Assembly: GCA_017435865.1 (NCBI GenBank)
Contig: JAFSEF010000053.1
Span: 141,188-205,187 of the forward strand
Length of the DNA: 64,000 nt
Source: Clostridia bacterium
GTDB taxonomy: Bacteria; Bacillota; Clostridia; Oscillospirales; Acutalibacteraceae
Reading direction: 5' to 3'
Part shown: positions 46,947 to 56,344 of the stretch, piece by piece
Layout of the letters: the number at the start of each line of letters is the position of its first letter
Position numbering within the stretch: position 1 is the first letter of the stretch
Program-made: the position numbers and the translations under genes
Notes under the pieces: model-generated
Told to the model about the DNA's origin: nothing
Seen by the model: the letters and a program-made list of their open reading frames with translations, nothing else
Database searches by the model: none

Positions 46947-49190
46947 ATGAGTGTCTTTGATCGTTACGCACCTTTTGTGCAGGATTTTATTTACGAAAAC
47001 GGATGGCAATCATTACGCGGAATTCAGGTTGCTGCAGGAGAGGCAGTATTTGAAACAGATGATAATGTGCTGTTGTGTGCATCCACTGCATCAGGCAAAA
47101 CAGAAGCAGCTTTCTTCCCGATTCTGACACAGTTTTATGAAGATATGCCGAAATCTGTCGGTGCTTTGTATATCGGACCTTTGAAAGCTCTTATCAATGA
47201 CCAGTTTTCTCGTCTTGATGATTTGTGTTCACGTGCTGATATTCCGGTGTGGCATTGGCATGGAGATGTTGCTCAATCTCACAAAAACAAGCTCTTAAAA
47301 AATCCGTCGGGCATTCTGCAGATTACACCGGAATCTTTGGAAGCATTGCTGATGAGAAAACACGCTTACATCGGTCGTCTGTTTTGTGATCTTCGCTTTA
47401 TCGTGATCGATGAAGTGCATTCTTTGTTGCGAGGTGATCGCGGCGGACAGACTCTGTGTCTTATAGAACGTCTTTCAAAACTTGCGGGTGTAAATCCCAG
47501 AAGAATCGGTTTGTCGGCAACCCTCGGTGATCCGATAGCCGTCGGTGAATATCTTGCTGCGGGCACAGGCAGAAAAACGTTCATTCCACAACTTGAACAC
47601 CAACCTGTGAAATGGCGGCTTGCAATGGAACATTTTTTTGTTCAGGGGGAACAGGCACAGACAGAACATGAGATTGAAGATGTGCAGCAGTTGCTTGCAC
47701 AACCCTCAGACTCTGCTCCCGAACAGGCTGATCCCGGTTTTGGTTATATATTTGAACATACACGGGATCGCAAATGCCTTGTCTTTGTCAATTCCCGCGA
47801 AGAATGTGAAGCTGTCACCACTACTTTGCGTCAGTATTGCGAAGTCAATAATGAAAGAGACAGATTCATGATTCATCACGGCAATCTGTCTGCATCTTAC
47901 CGTGAAACGGCAGAAACTGCAATGAAAGACGATGAAGTACAGCTGACAACAATAACAACCGCCACGCTTGAACTTGGAATTGATATCGGCAAGCTCGAAC
48001 GTGTTTTTCAGCTTGATGCACCTTATATGGTGTCTTCATTCCTGCAACGTCTCGGTCGTTCGGGGCGACGTGATCTGCCGCCTGAAATGTGGTTTGTTAT
48101 TCGTGAGGATATGGCAGAAGCAAGAGCAATGCTGCCCGAAACAGTACCGTGGAAACTTATACAGGGAATTGCACTCGTACAGTCCTATCTTGATGAACGG
48201 TGGGTTGAGCCGCCACGATTAGATCGCTTGCCGTTCAGTTTATTATATCATCAGACAATGGCTACATTGACTTCCTGTGGGGAGCTGACTCCTGCTGCAC
48301 TTGCTGCAAGGGTATTATCCTTACGGGTTTTTCAACGTATTACAAAGGATGATTATAAAGTTCTTTTACGGCATCTGCTTGAAACCGGACAGATTCAACG
48401 CACGGAAGAAGGCGGTTTGATGGTCGGGCTTGCAGGTGAAAGGCAAGTGAATTCATTTAAGTTTTATGCGGTCTTTCAGGAGAATGAGGAATATACCGTA
48501 CGAAGTGCATCTCATGAAATCGGTACTCTTTGTATGCCGCCGCCACCCGGTGAGAAAATTGCAATTGCAGGTCATGTCTGGCTTGTGGAAGAAGTGGATC
48601 ACAAACGTCACATTGTCTATTGTGAACAGATCCGCGGTAAAGTACCTGCATACTTCGGAGCCTGCCCGGGGGATATCAATACGCACGTTCTTGAAAAGAT
48701 GCGATCCGTATTGTCGGAAGATCGTTCGTATCCTTATGTCATGAAAAATGCCGCAGCGAGATTGTATCAGGCACGTCAGTCTGCACGTTATGCAGGAATT
48801 ACAAAAGAACCCCTGATCAATCTCGGTGGCGATATGTGGTGTTTGTTTCCGTGGTTAGGTACTTATGCATTTCTCGCATTGGAACGATTTATAAAAATCA
48901 AATGTGCAGATCGTCTCGGTATAAAAGGGTTTGATTCATGTCGACCTTACTTTATCCAGTTTAAAATGAAAGCAACCAAAGAACAGTTTTTCAATGTCCT
49001 GTCTGAAGAATCAGAAAAAGAGATTGAACCTTTGTCTTTGGTTTATGAAAAAGAAGTACCGCTTTTTGAAAAATATGACTCTTTTTTGCCCATGGAACTT
49101 GTCCGCAAAGGTTTTGCATATGGTGTGCTCGACATTGAAACAATGATAAAACGTATCAAAGAATGGAAAACAAAGACGGATTCTGAATAA
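46947..49190 (+). CDS. Lhr-like DEAD/DEAH-box superfamily 2 helicase (Shango-type component)
   Basis: Motif I ASTASGKTEAAF, motif II VIDEVH, motif III GLSATLG, motif VI QRLGRSGRR. GAGGT 6 nt before ATG 46947; TTG at 46941 overlaps the upstream stop. Confidence 0.8.
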   Translation: MSVFDRYAPFVQDFIYENGWQSLRGIQVAAGEAVFETDDNVLLCASTASGKTEAAFFPILTQFYEDMPKSVGALYIGPLKALINDQFSRLDDLCSRADIPVWHWHGDVAQSHKNKLLKNPSGILQITPESLEALLMRKHAYIGRLFCDLRFIVIDEVHSLLRGDRGGQTLCLIERLSKLAGVNPRRIGLSATLGDPIAVGEYLAAGTGRKTFIPQLEHQPVKWRLAMEHFFVQGEQAQTEHEIEDVQQLLAQPSDSAPEQADPGFGYIFEHTRDRKCLVFVNSREECEAVTTTLRQYCEVNNERDRFMIHHGNLSASYRETAETAMKDDEVQLTTITTATLELGIDIGKLERVFQLDAPYMVSSFLQRLGRSGRRDLPPEMWFVIREDMAEARAMLPETVPWKLIQGIALVQSYLDERWVEPPRLDRLPFSLLYHQTMATLTSCGELTPAALAARVLSLRVFQRITKDDYKVLLRHLLETGQIQRTEEGGLMVGLAGERQVNSFKFYAVFQENEEYTVRSASHEIGTLCMPPPPGEKIAIAGHVWLVEEVDHKRHIVYCEQIRGKVPAYFGACPGDINTHVLEKMRSVLSEDRSYPYVMKNAAARLYQARQSARYAGITKEPLINLGGDMWCLFPWLGTYAFLALERFIKIKCADRLGIKGFDSCRPYFIQFKMKATKEQFFNVLSEESEKEIEPLSLVYEKEVPLFEKYDSFLPMELVRKGFAYGVLDIETMIKRIKEWKTKTDSE

Positions 49191-49314
49191 CGTATAGTAT
49201 TATACAGAAGTAGGAGTAATTATTCTTGAAAACTTGGTAATTTGATAAAATAGAGATTTACAATTCATTAATATTATGTTATACTATACAACATATATAA
49301 TATTGGAGGTTCCT

Positions 49315-50772
49315 ATGAAAACTTTATTTTTGTTTTCCAAAGAAACCAAGGGTGAAGGGTATGTGCCCAATAATGAGATTTTTGCTCTTGCATCAGGACT
49401 TACGGGACAGAATCTGACTTACAGCTATACATCCAGTTGGTTGAAGTACTTCTGTGTAAACCTGTTGCATATGGATCCTGCAAAAGTCGGTTATATTTTT
49501 TCTCTCAGCCACGTGTGGGATGCGATCAACGATCCCATTGTAGGCGGTTTTGTTGACAGAAGAAATTACAAACCCTTTATGAAATTGCGACCGTTTTTGC
49601 TTTATACACCGCCGATTCTCGGCATTCTTGTAACTTTGATGTTTGTCAATGTAAACTTCAGTGAAAACGGTAAGGTTGCATACATTCTGGTTTTGTATTT
49701 CATGTTTGACTTGTTTTATTCTTTCCAGGATGTCAGCTTGTGGGGGATGATAGCCTTGTCGTCGCCGCATTCACAGGAGCGATCACGTGTCGCACAGTGG
49801 GTTTCCATCGGTGCAGGTGCAGGCGGAGCCATTGTCGGTACGTTCCAACAGATCCGTTCCATTCTGAGTGGTCTTGGTGTTTCCGATGTTACCATTTTCC
49901 TGATTTGCGGATTTGTGTTCGGTCTCGGCGGTGAGTTGATTTCCATGAACTCCTATCGCATGAAAGAACGAATCTGTTCCGAAGTGCCGAAAGAAGAGAG
50001 TCTGTTGCAGTCACTCACCATTCTTCGTCACAATCCGACATTGTTGCTCATTTCTCTTGCACGTTTTTCACAAGGTCTCAGTCCTAAAGTGCAGAACGCT
50101 TATTTCTTTGAGAATTGCGTTACACTGCAGGTTGGCAATACCACAATCAACGGCCAGACCGCAGAATTTCTTTTCGGACTTTTCGGCGGTATTCCCGGTA
50201 CGGGAGCTATGTTCTTTGCAAATAAGATTGCAGACAAAATCGGTGGTATGAAGCGTATACTGCTTTCTTCCCAGATTGCTGCGATCGTATTGCGTGTGGT
50301 TACATATTTTATCGGCTATAATACATTGCCGAAGTTTATCATCATGACCGTACTGATCTCACTTGTCAATCTTCCCGGTAGTATGATGGATATTGCTCAT
50401 CGTTCATTGACAAGTGACTCCATAGATGAAGTTGAATACAAAACGGGCATCCGTTGTGAAGGTGTGTCATTCTCCATGCAGAACTTCACTACCAAAATGC
50501 AGAGTGGTGTTGCTTCGCTGATTGAAGGCAGATTGCTGAAGTATCTCGGCTACGACAGTTACGCAAAAGAGGCAGGCAAGCCGCAGAATGAAACATTTAT
50601 GAAGTGGCAGTGGCCGATGTTTATTCTCGGTCCCGTTGTCGGTGCTGTTTTGTATCTTGTTATTATCAGTTTTGTCAAGGACTCTAAGGAGAAGAGAGAA
50701 GAAATCGAAAGAGTTCTGAAAGAACGTCGTAAGCAGATTGAAGAAGAATCTGCTGTCGTTAATGCAAAATGA
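49315..50772 (+). CDS. MFS transporter, glycoside-pentoside-hexuronide (GPH):cation symporter family
   Basis: DAINDPIVGGFVDRR signature, about 12 hydrophobic segments, GGAGG 5 nt before ATG 49315. Confidence 0.8.
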   Translation: MKTLFLFSKETKGEGYVPNNEIFALASGLTGQNLTYSYTSSWLKYFCVNLLHMDPAKVGYIFSLSHVWDAINDPIVGGFVDRRNYKPFMKLRPFLLYTPPILGILVTLMFVNVNFSENGKVAYILVLYFMFDLFYSFQDVSLWGMIALSSPHSQERSRVAQWVSIGAGAGGAIVGTFQQIRSILSGLGVSDVTIFLICGFVFGLGGELISMNSYRMKERICSEVPKEESLLQSLTILRHNPTLLLISLARFSQGLSPKVQNAYFFENCVTLQVGNTTINGQTAEFLFGLFGGIPGTGAMFFANKIADKIGGMKRILLSSQIAAIVLRVVTYFIGYNTLPKFIIMTVLISLVNLPGSMMDIAHRSLTSDSIDEVEYKTGIRCEGVSFSMQNFTTKMQSGVASLIEGRLLKYLGYDSYAKEAGKPQNETFMKWQWPMFILGPVVGAVLYLVIISFVKDSKEKREEIERVLKERRKQIEEESAVVNAK

Positions 50773-50784
50773 GTTTACGCTTAT

Positions 50785-52281
50785 GTGAAGAGGGAAGGAA
50801 ACGTTGTTTTGATTAAGGAAAATATTCACAATCTTGTAGTTAAGCAGAATCAGTTTTTTGAAACGGGAGCGACATTACCCGTTGAAACGCGAATTGCATA
50901 CCTGAAAAAAATAAAAGAATACATTCTCAAAAATGAAGATGTCATTGCCGCTGCTCTGAGAGCAGATCTCGGAAAAAGTCCGTATGAATCATATTTATGC
51001 GAAATTGCTGTTGTTCTCGCGGAAGTGAATTTTATGCTCAAAAACATCCGCAAGCTCACAAAAGACAAAACTGTTGCAACTCCGTTCGGTCAGCAGTTGT
51101 CACACAGTTACGTAAAAGCCAAGCCGTTGGGCACAGTGCTGATTATGAGCCCCTGGAACTATCCGTTCATGCTTACACTGCCGCCTGTCATCGATGCAGT
51201 TGCAGCAGGCAACACCTGTGTTGTAAAAACAAGTGCATATTCACCGAATACGGGATATGCTGTCAAGCGTATGCTCGAAACCATTTTTCCGCCTGAATAT
51301 GTTACTGTGCTGACCGGAGGCAGAGATGAAAATGCCTGTCTGTTGGATGAGAAATTTGATTATATTTTCTTCACAGGCAGCAAAAAAGTCGGTAGGCTTG
51401 TCCTTGAAAAAGCTTCAAAGAATCTGACTCCTGTTACTCTGGAACTTGGAGGAAAGAGTCCCACCATTGTTGATGAAACTGCAAACTTAAAAATTGCAGC
51501 ACGTCGCCTTGTTTTCGGTAAAGGATTCAATGTCGGACAAACCTGCGTTGCACCTGATTATGTTTATATTCATAAGAGTATCAAAGATAAATTCATATCT
51601 CTTGTGAAAGAGGAAATCGAACGTCAGTTCGGTGATTGTCTGCACAATGAAGATTACGGATGCATTATTAACGATAAGCATTTCAAACGTGTCTGTTCTC
51701 TGATTGATCCCGATAAGGTCGTATGCGGAGGAAACAGTGATCCTGAAACAAGAAAGATTCAGTTGACCGTGATGGACAATGTCACATGGGATGATGCTGT
51801 TATGAAAGAGGAGATCTTTGGTCCTGTTTTACCGTTCCTGACTTATGAAAATCTTGACGAGGTCATTGCTGCAATCAAGGGTTTTGATAAACCTCTTGCT
51901 TTGTACATATTCTCTGAAGACAAGAATAATATCAAAAAGATACATGATTCTTGTTCCTTCGGCGGCGGTTGTGTCAACGAAACCGATATTCACGTCATTA
52001 CTACAGCTATGGGATTTGGCGGTGTCGGTGAAAGCGGAATGGGGCAGTATCACGGCAAGTGCGGTTTTGATACATTCACGCACTATACAAGCATCGTTGA
52101 TAAAATGTCGTGGATTGATCTCGGACAAAGATATCAACCTTATACGAAGCTCAATATCTGGTTTTCGAGAAATATGAATTTCGGTTCAACCATCCATAAA
52201 ACATTAAAGACGGATTATAAAGCTGCACCGGATTCATTTTTTGATTTATTGGGATTCTACTTCAAAAAGAAAAATGATTAA
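50785..52281 (+). CDS. NAD(P)-dependent aldehyde dehydrogenase (ALDH3-like class)
   Basis: ELGGKSP, catalytic-Cys block FNVGQTCVAPDY, EEIFGPVLP. Start is uncertain (GTG 50785 or TTG 50809). Confidence 0.85.
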   Translation: MKREGNVVLIKENIHNLVVKQNQFFETGATLPVETRIAYLKKIKEYILKNEDVIAAALRADLGKSPYESYLCEIAVVLAEVNFMLKNIRKLTKDKTVATPFGQQLSHSYVKAKPLGTVLIMSPWNYPFMLTLPPVIDAVAAGNTCVVKTSAYSPNTGYAVKRMLETIFPPEYVTVLTGGRDENACLLDEKFDYIFFTGSKKVGRLVLEKASKNLTPVTLELGGKSPTIVDETANLKIAARRLVFGKGFNVGQTCVAPDYVYIHKSIKDKFISLVKEEIERQFGDCLHNEDYGCIINDKHFKRVCSLIDPDKVVCGGNSDPETRKIQLTVMDNVTWDDAVMKEEIFGPVLPFLTYENLDEVIAAIKGFDKPLALYIFSEDKNNIKKIHDSCSFGGGCVNETDIHVITTAMGFGGVGESGMGQYHGKCGFDTFTHYTSIVDKMSWIDLGQRYQPYTKLNIWFSRNMNFGSTIHKTLKTDYKAAPDSFFDLLGFYFKKKND

Positions 52282-52296
52282 ATAAAGACTTTGGTG

Positions 52297-52328
52297 AAAA
52301 AGAATTGGTTGAAAAGCCAATTCTTTTT
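52297..52328 (+). terminator. Rho-independent terminator after the ALDH gene
   Basis: AGAATTGG / CCAATTCT stem with flanking A/T pairs, followed by TTTTT. Confidence 0.65.
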
Positions 52329-52354
52329 GTGGTCTTCAAAGAGAGGGTTTTGTT

Positions 52355-53758
52355 ATGGTAAAAACACTGCCGAAAAGAAAGATGATACGGTATTGTCTTT
52401 CTGATATCGCAAAAGGTCTTTTTAACGGCATGATAGCCAACTATCTGCTGTATTTCTTTCAACCGACTCTGAAAAGCGGTCTGCCTGTGCTTCTGCCGCA
52501 GAATAAATTGTTCGGTTTTATCACGATTATGGCATTGCTGACAGGGGTCGGTAAAGTCGTCGATGCTGTGACGGATCCTTGGGTGGCTTCTTTGTCTGAT
52601 AAGTGTACACACAAGGATGGCAGACGTATGCCGTTCCTCAAATTTGCTGCTGTTCCGTATGCAGTCTCCGTGCTGATGATCTTTATGGCACCATTTGCAG
52701 ACGGTTCTGCTTTGAATGCTGTGTGGGTCGGTTTCTTTTTGATTTTGTATTATGCTGCATATACATTTTTCTTTATTCCGAGAAATGCTCTTATTCCTGA
52801 AGTAATTCCGGATGCAAAAGATCGTGTCGGTTATTACGGAATCAGCACGGCTTTCTTTATGGGATCAAGTTCATTTATGTATGCAGCCACCTTGTTTGTG
52901 GATCTGATCAAAAAGACAGGTGTCAGCCCTCTGTGGTCATGGAGAATTGTATTTACTGTTTTTGCGGCCATTGGTCTTGTCTGCGTTTTGCTTGGTGCCA
53001 CCGCATTTAAAGAGAATGATTATGTTGCCCAGCACAATAAACCGCAGCAGTCATTGCTTGTTTCTGCAAAAACCATTTTCAAGAATAAAACATTTCTTAC
53101 ATTTTTTGCCGGTGATTTGTTCAGTTATATTTCCATGGCATTTTTTCAGACAGCCATGTTGTATTACATCACTATGCTTCTCAATGTGCCTGAATCGCAG
53201 TCTTTTCTCGTTATGCTTGCCGCGATTGTGGTCGCACTCTGTTTGTTCCCGTTGATTGTAAAATGCAGCAAAAAGTACGGTAAAAAGAAAATGCTTGTTG
53301 TTGCAAGTGTCATTTTCACAATCGTATTTGCATTCATCTATTTTGGAGATAAACTCGCAGGTCTTGTGGTTGGATATGAATTATACCTCGGTCTTTTTAT
53401 GGGACTTGTTGTTGCTTTTCCGTTTGCTGCTATTAATATTCTTCCGCAGTCTGTTATGTCTGATATCATTCAGAAAGACAGCATCGAAAACGGTGTCAAT
53501 CGTGAAGGTTTTTTCTCTGCAACCAAAACCTTTGTTGAAAAGATTGCTTATTCTCTTGCAATGGTTGTTGTGTCGAGTGTTCTTGCAATCGGAGCTCCGA
53601 CAGGGGAGTCGGTCGGAATGCTTGGTGTAAAACTTACGGGTGTTTTTGCGGGATTGTTCAGTCTTGTTTCCCTTGTTTTCTTTACTTTATACAAAGAAAA
53701 ATCGGTTATGGAATTCATTGAAACAAATACAAAACAGTTATCAGATGAGGTGACGTAA
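52355..53758 (+). CDS. MFS transporter, GPH:cation symporter family (second copy)
   Basis: DAVTDPWVASLSDK signature and 12 hydrophobic segments. Confidence 0.78.
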   Translation: MVKTLPKRKMIRYCLSDIAKGLFNGMIANYLLYFFQPTLKSGLPVLLPQNKLFGFITIMALLTGVGKVVDAVTDPWVASLSDKCTHKDGRRMPFLKFAAVPYAVSVLMIFMAPFADGSALNAVWVGFFLILYYAAYTFFFIPRNALIPEVIPDAKDRVGYYGISTAFFMGSSSFMYAATLFVDLIKKTGVSPLWSWRIVFTVFAAIGLVCVLLGATAFKENDYVAQHNKPQQSLLVSAKTIFKNKTFLTFFAGDLFSYISMAFFQTAMLYYITMLLNVPESQSFLVMLAAIVVALCLFPLIVKCSKKYGKKKMLVVASVIFTIVFAFIYFGDKLAGLVVGYELYLGLFMGLVVAFPFAAINILPQSVMSDIIQKDSIENGVNREGFFSATKTFVEKIAYSLAMVVVSSVLAIGAPTGESVGMLGVKLTGVFAGLFSLVSLVFFTLYKEKSVMEFIETNTKQLSDEVT

Positions 53759-53760
53759 AA

Positions 53761-55893
53761 ATGACAAAAATTATAGCATTCTTTACAGCAATTGTTACTT
53801 GGTTTGCGGTAATTATTTGTCCTGCAAAACCTGAAGAGGGTATTTTTTCAGAACCTGAAGTGACCGGAAAGATAGCCTTTGATGAAGGCGAATTTGTTCT
53901 GGGTGCGAATGATATTATTGTGGCTCCCGATGGTAACGACAACAACGCAGGCACAGAAGATGCTCCCATTGCGACGCTCGAAAAAGCCAAAGAGCTTGCA
54001 AAAAGTATCGACACGGATGAAAGAATTACGGTATGGTTCAGGGAAGGTACCTATTTCATTGAAAACACGGTACAGTTCACTACAGAGGACAAACAGAATG
54101 TTTTGTATCGTTCTTATCCCGGTGAAAAGGTTGCGTTTTCAGGTGCAAAAGCAATTTCCGACTGGAGCGAAACCGTCATCAACGGTGTGAACGCATTTGT
54201 TGCGGATGTATCAGTGGAAGACGATGCAGATTATTTCCGTTCCCTTTATAAAGGCAACGTCAGACTTGCACGTTCAAACTATCCCAAGCAAGGCACCTTC
54301 AAGATCGCTGATCCGCTCACTGACGAAGCTGTTGCACCCGAAATCGATGCAAACTTCTTTACCCATTCTCTTGCTTTTAACGCACATACGTCTGATGTTC
54401 TCGATTTTGCAAACCCCACCGATATTGATGTCAAGATCATGCATTTCTGGTGCGATGATCTGCTGCCCGTGCATTCTGTTGATGCAGCAAGCGGACGCAT
54501 TGAAACCGAAAAGGCCTCCGCAATGACCGTCAGAGTGGATGACAACTATATTTTTGAAAATGTCAAAGAAGCACTTTCTTTGCCCGGTGAATGGTATCTC
54601 GACAGAACGGAAGATAAACTTTATTACATTCCCGAAAACGGCGACACGGTTGACAATACCACCCTGTATGCCGGCATGACCAAACAGCTGCTTACCTTTG
54701 CAAATGCAGAAAACATTGCATTTCAGGGCATTGATTTTGTCAATACCGACTGGGATCATGTGGACGGCAAGCACACAGGCAAGCCTTTTGCCCCCTCGCA
54801 TCCGCTTTACGACAATATGAAATACGGCACTGATCATCCGCAGGCTGCATTCGAAGTGCCTGCCGCCATCCTCATTTCCGCCTCTGCGGGAATCGACTTT
54901 ACAGATTGCCGCTTTGAAAACATCGCTTACACGGCAATGAAGTTTGAAAACGCATCGCAGAATTGCGATGTCACAAGCTGTCTGTTCAATGAAATCGGTG
55001 CAAATGCCATTTTCATCCACGGCGATTTCGTTGTGCCGGCAACCACAAAGAACATCAACATAAGAGACTGTCACATCAGCTTTTACGGCAGAATCTTCAA
55101 CAATGCCATCGGCATTCTGCTCACCCATGCCATTGACTGTGAGCTTGCCAACAATGAGATCCACGATGGCTGGTACACAGGCGTTTCGGTCGGCTGGAAC
55201 TGGGGATATTCCGATAACCCCACAAACAACATTCAGATCAGAGACAACCTCATTTACAACATCGGCAACGGCTGGCTTTCCGATATGGGCGGTATTTATA
55301 CACTCGGCATTCAGCCTGATACGGTCATATCCGGCAATGTTGTTTACAACGTCGGCTGTGACGAAGGTGCTTACGGTTACGGCGGTTGGGGAATTTATCT
55401 TGATGAAGGCACAAGCTATATGACCGTCGAAAACAACCTTGTTTACGATTGTTCCTCACAGACCTTCCACCAGCACTACGGCAAAGAAAACATCGTCAGA
55501 AACAATATCTTTGCATTCGGTGGTGAAGGACAGTTTGTCATCACAAGGAATGAAGACCACAATTCTCTTACCCTCACAAATAACATCCTTGTCGGTGAAA
55601 ACACGGTCATGTATAACCATTCCGTAGAAAGAGATTGGTTTGTTGACGACAGCAATCTTTATTGGGACTACGAAAAAGGCGGCAATGTCTTCTCGGGCGA
55701 CTCAACAAAACTGTTTGAAAGAAACAACCTCGTCATCATGACCGCAAGAGGTTATTACAACAACGCCGTGTTTGCAGATCCGCTTTTCAAAGATGCCGCA
55801 AACAGAGACTTCACCCTTGCAGAAAACAGTCCCGCTTGGGATGCAGGTTTCGTTCCCTTTGCATACGATGCCGGAACACTGACACAATTCTGA
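53761..55893 (+). CDS. Membrane-anchored right-handed parallel beta-helix repeat protein (pectate-lyase fold; candidate glycanase or lyase)
   Basis: N-terminal anchor IIAFFTAIVTWFAVIIC. Repeated NN.I/G.Y periodic blocks (NNEIHDGWYTGVSVGW, RDNLIYNIGNGW, GNVVYNVG, ENNLVYD, RNNIFAF, TNNILVG). Confidence 0.7.
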   Translation: MTKIIAFFTAIVTWFAVIICPAKPEEGIFSEPEVTGKIAFDEGEFVLGANDIIVAPDGNDNNAGTEDAPIATLEKAKELAKSIDTDERITVWFREGTYFIENTVQFTTEDKQNVLYRSYPGEKVAFSGAKAISDWSETVINGVNAFVADVSVEDDADYFRSLYKGNVRLARSNYPKQGTFKIADPLTDEAVAPEIDANFFTHSLAFNAHTSDVLDFANPTDIDVKIMHFWCDDLLPVHSVDAASGRIETEKASAMTVRVDDNYIFENVKEALSLPGEWYLDRTEDKLYYIPENGDTVDNTTLYAGMTKQLLTFANAENIAFQGIDFVNTDWDHVDGKHTGKPFAPSHPLYDNMKYGTDHPQAAFEVPAAILISASAGIDFTDCRFENIAYTAMKFENASQNCDVTSCLFNEIGANAIFIHGDFVVPATTKNINIRDCHISFYGRIFNNAIGILLTHAIDCELANNEIHDGWYTGVSVGWNWGYSDNPTNNIQIRDNLIYNIGNGWLSDMGGIYTLGIQPDTVISGNVVYNVGCDEGAYGYGGWGIYLDEGTSYMTVENNLVYDCSSQTFHQHYGKENIVRNNIFAFGGEGQFVITRNEDHNSLTLTNNILVGENTVMYNHSVERDWFVDDSNLYWDYEKGGNVFSGDSTKLFERNNLVIMTARGYYNNAVFADPLFKDAANRDFTLAENSPAWDAGFVPFAYDAGTLTQF

Positions 55894-55919
55894 TTTGAAT
55901 AATCTGAAAAATAAAACAT

Positions 55920-55949
55920 GAGCCGTACATCTTTGTATGGCTCGTTTTT
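55920..55949 (+). terminator. Rho-independent terminator after the beta-helix gene
   Basis: GAGCCGTAC / GTATGGCTC stem (one G:U pair) followed by GTTTTT. Confidence 0.7.
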
Positions 55950-56061
55950 GCAGGTATTATTCTTTTCGATGTCCGTCGGTGTATGCAGAAACTTTCTCTT
56001 ATAGATACTCGCTACGGTTCATAGTGACGACCTGTATTAGTCTCTTTATCTTTTCTGCGGC

Positions 56062-56098
56062 AAAAAAAATAGCAGAACGACAATAGTCATTCTGCTAT
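56062..56098 (-). terminator. Rho-independent terminator downstream of tRNA-Pro
   Basis: ATAGCAGAA / TTCTGCTAT stem. An 8-nt A-run on the plus strand gives a U-tract on the minus strand. Confidence 0.7.
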
Positions 56099-56101
56099 TT
56101 T

Positions 56102-56177
56102 TGGTCCGAGTGGCGAGACTTGAACTCACGGCCTCTTGACCCCCAGTCAAGCGCGCTCCCAACTGCGCCACACCCGG
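56102..56177 (-). tRNA. tRNA-Pro (anticodon GGG)
   Basis: Hand-folded from the reverse complement: acceptor CCGGGTG/CACTCGG, D-arm GCGC-AGTTGGGA-GCGC, anticodon loop CTGGGGG, T-loop TTCAAGT, encoded CCA. Confidence 0.85.
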
Positions 56178-56194
56178 ATTTCTCAACGGCACTT

Positions 56195-56223
56195 ATAATA
56201 GCACACTTGATTACAAAAAGCAA
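56195..56223 (-). promoter_or_regulatory. Promoter for tRNA-Pro (TTGCTT-17-TATTAT on the minus strand)
   Basis: The reverse complement of 56195-56223 reads TTGCTTtttgtaatcaagtgtgcTATTAT. Confidence 0.5.
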
Positions 56224-56285
56224 GAGGAAAATGAAAAATTTTTTAAATTTTTCAAAAAACTTTTTTCTATATGAACCTCAGTTCG

Positions 56286-56314
56286 TTGACAAAAGGGTTG
56301 AATGGGAATATAAT
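56286..56314 (+). promoter_or_regulatory. Consensus promoter (TTGACA-17-TATAAT) for pepT
   Basis: TTGACA at 56286-56291; TATAAT at 56309-56314. Confidence 0.7.
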
Positions 56315-56344
56315 GCAGTTAATATCATTATATAGGAGAGCATT

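Noticed and set aside
54274-55164. 296-aa minus-strand ORF.
   Set aside because: It is a codon-aligned shadow of the beta-helix protein gene.
56120-56335. 71-aa plus-strand ORF.
   Set aside because: It overlaps the antisense strand of tRNA-Pro and the pepT promoter, and has no RBS.
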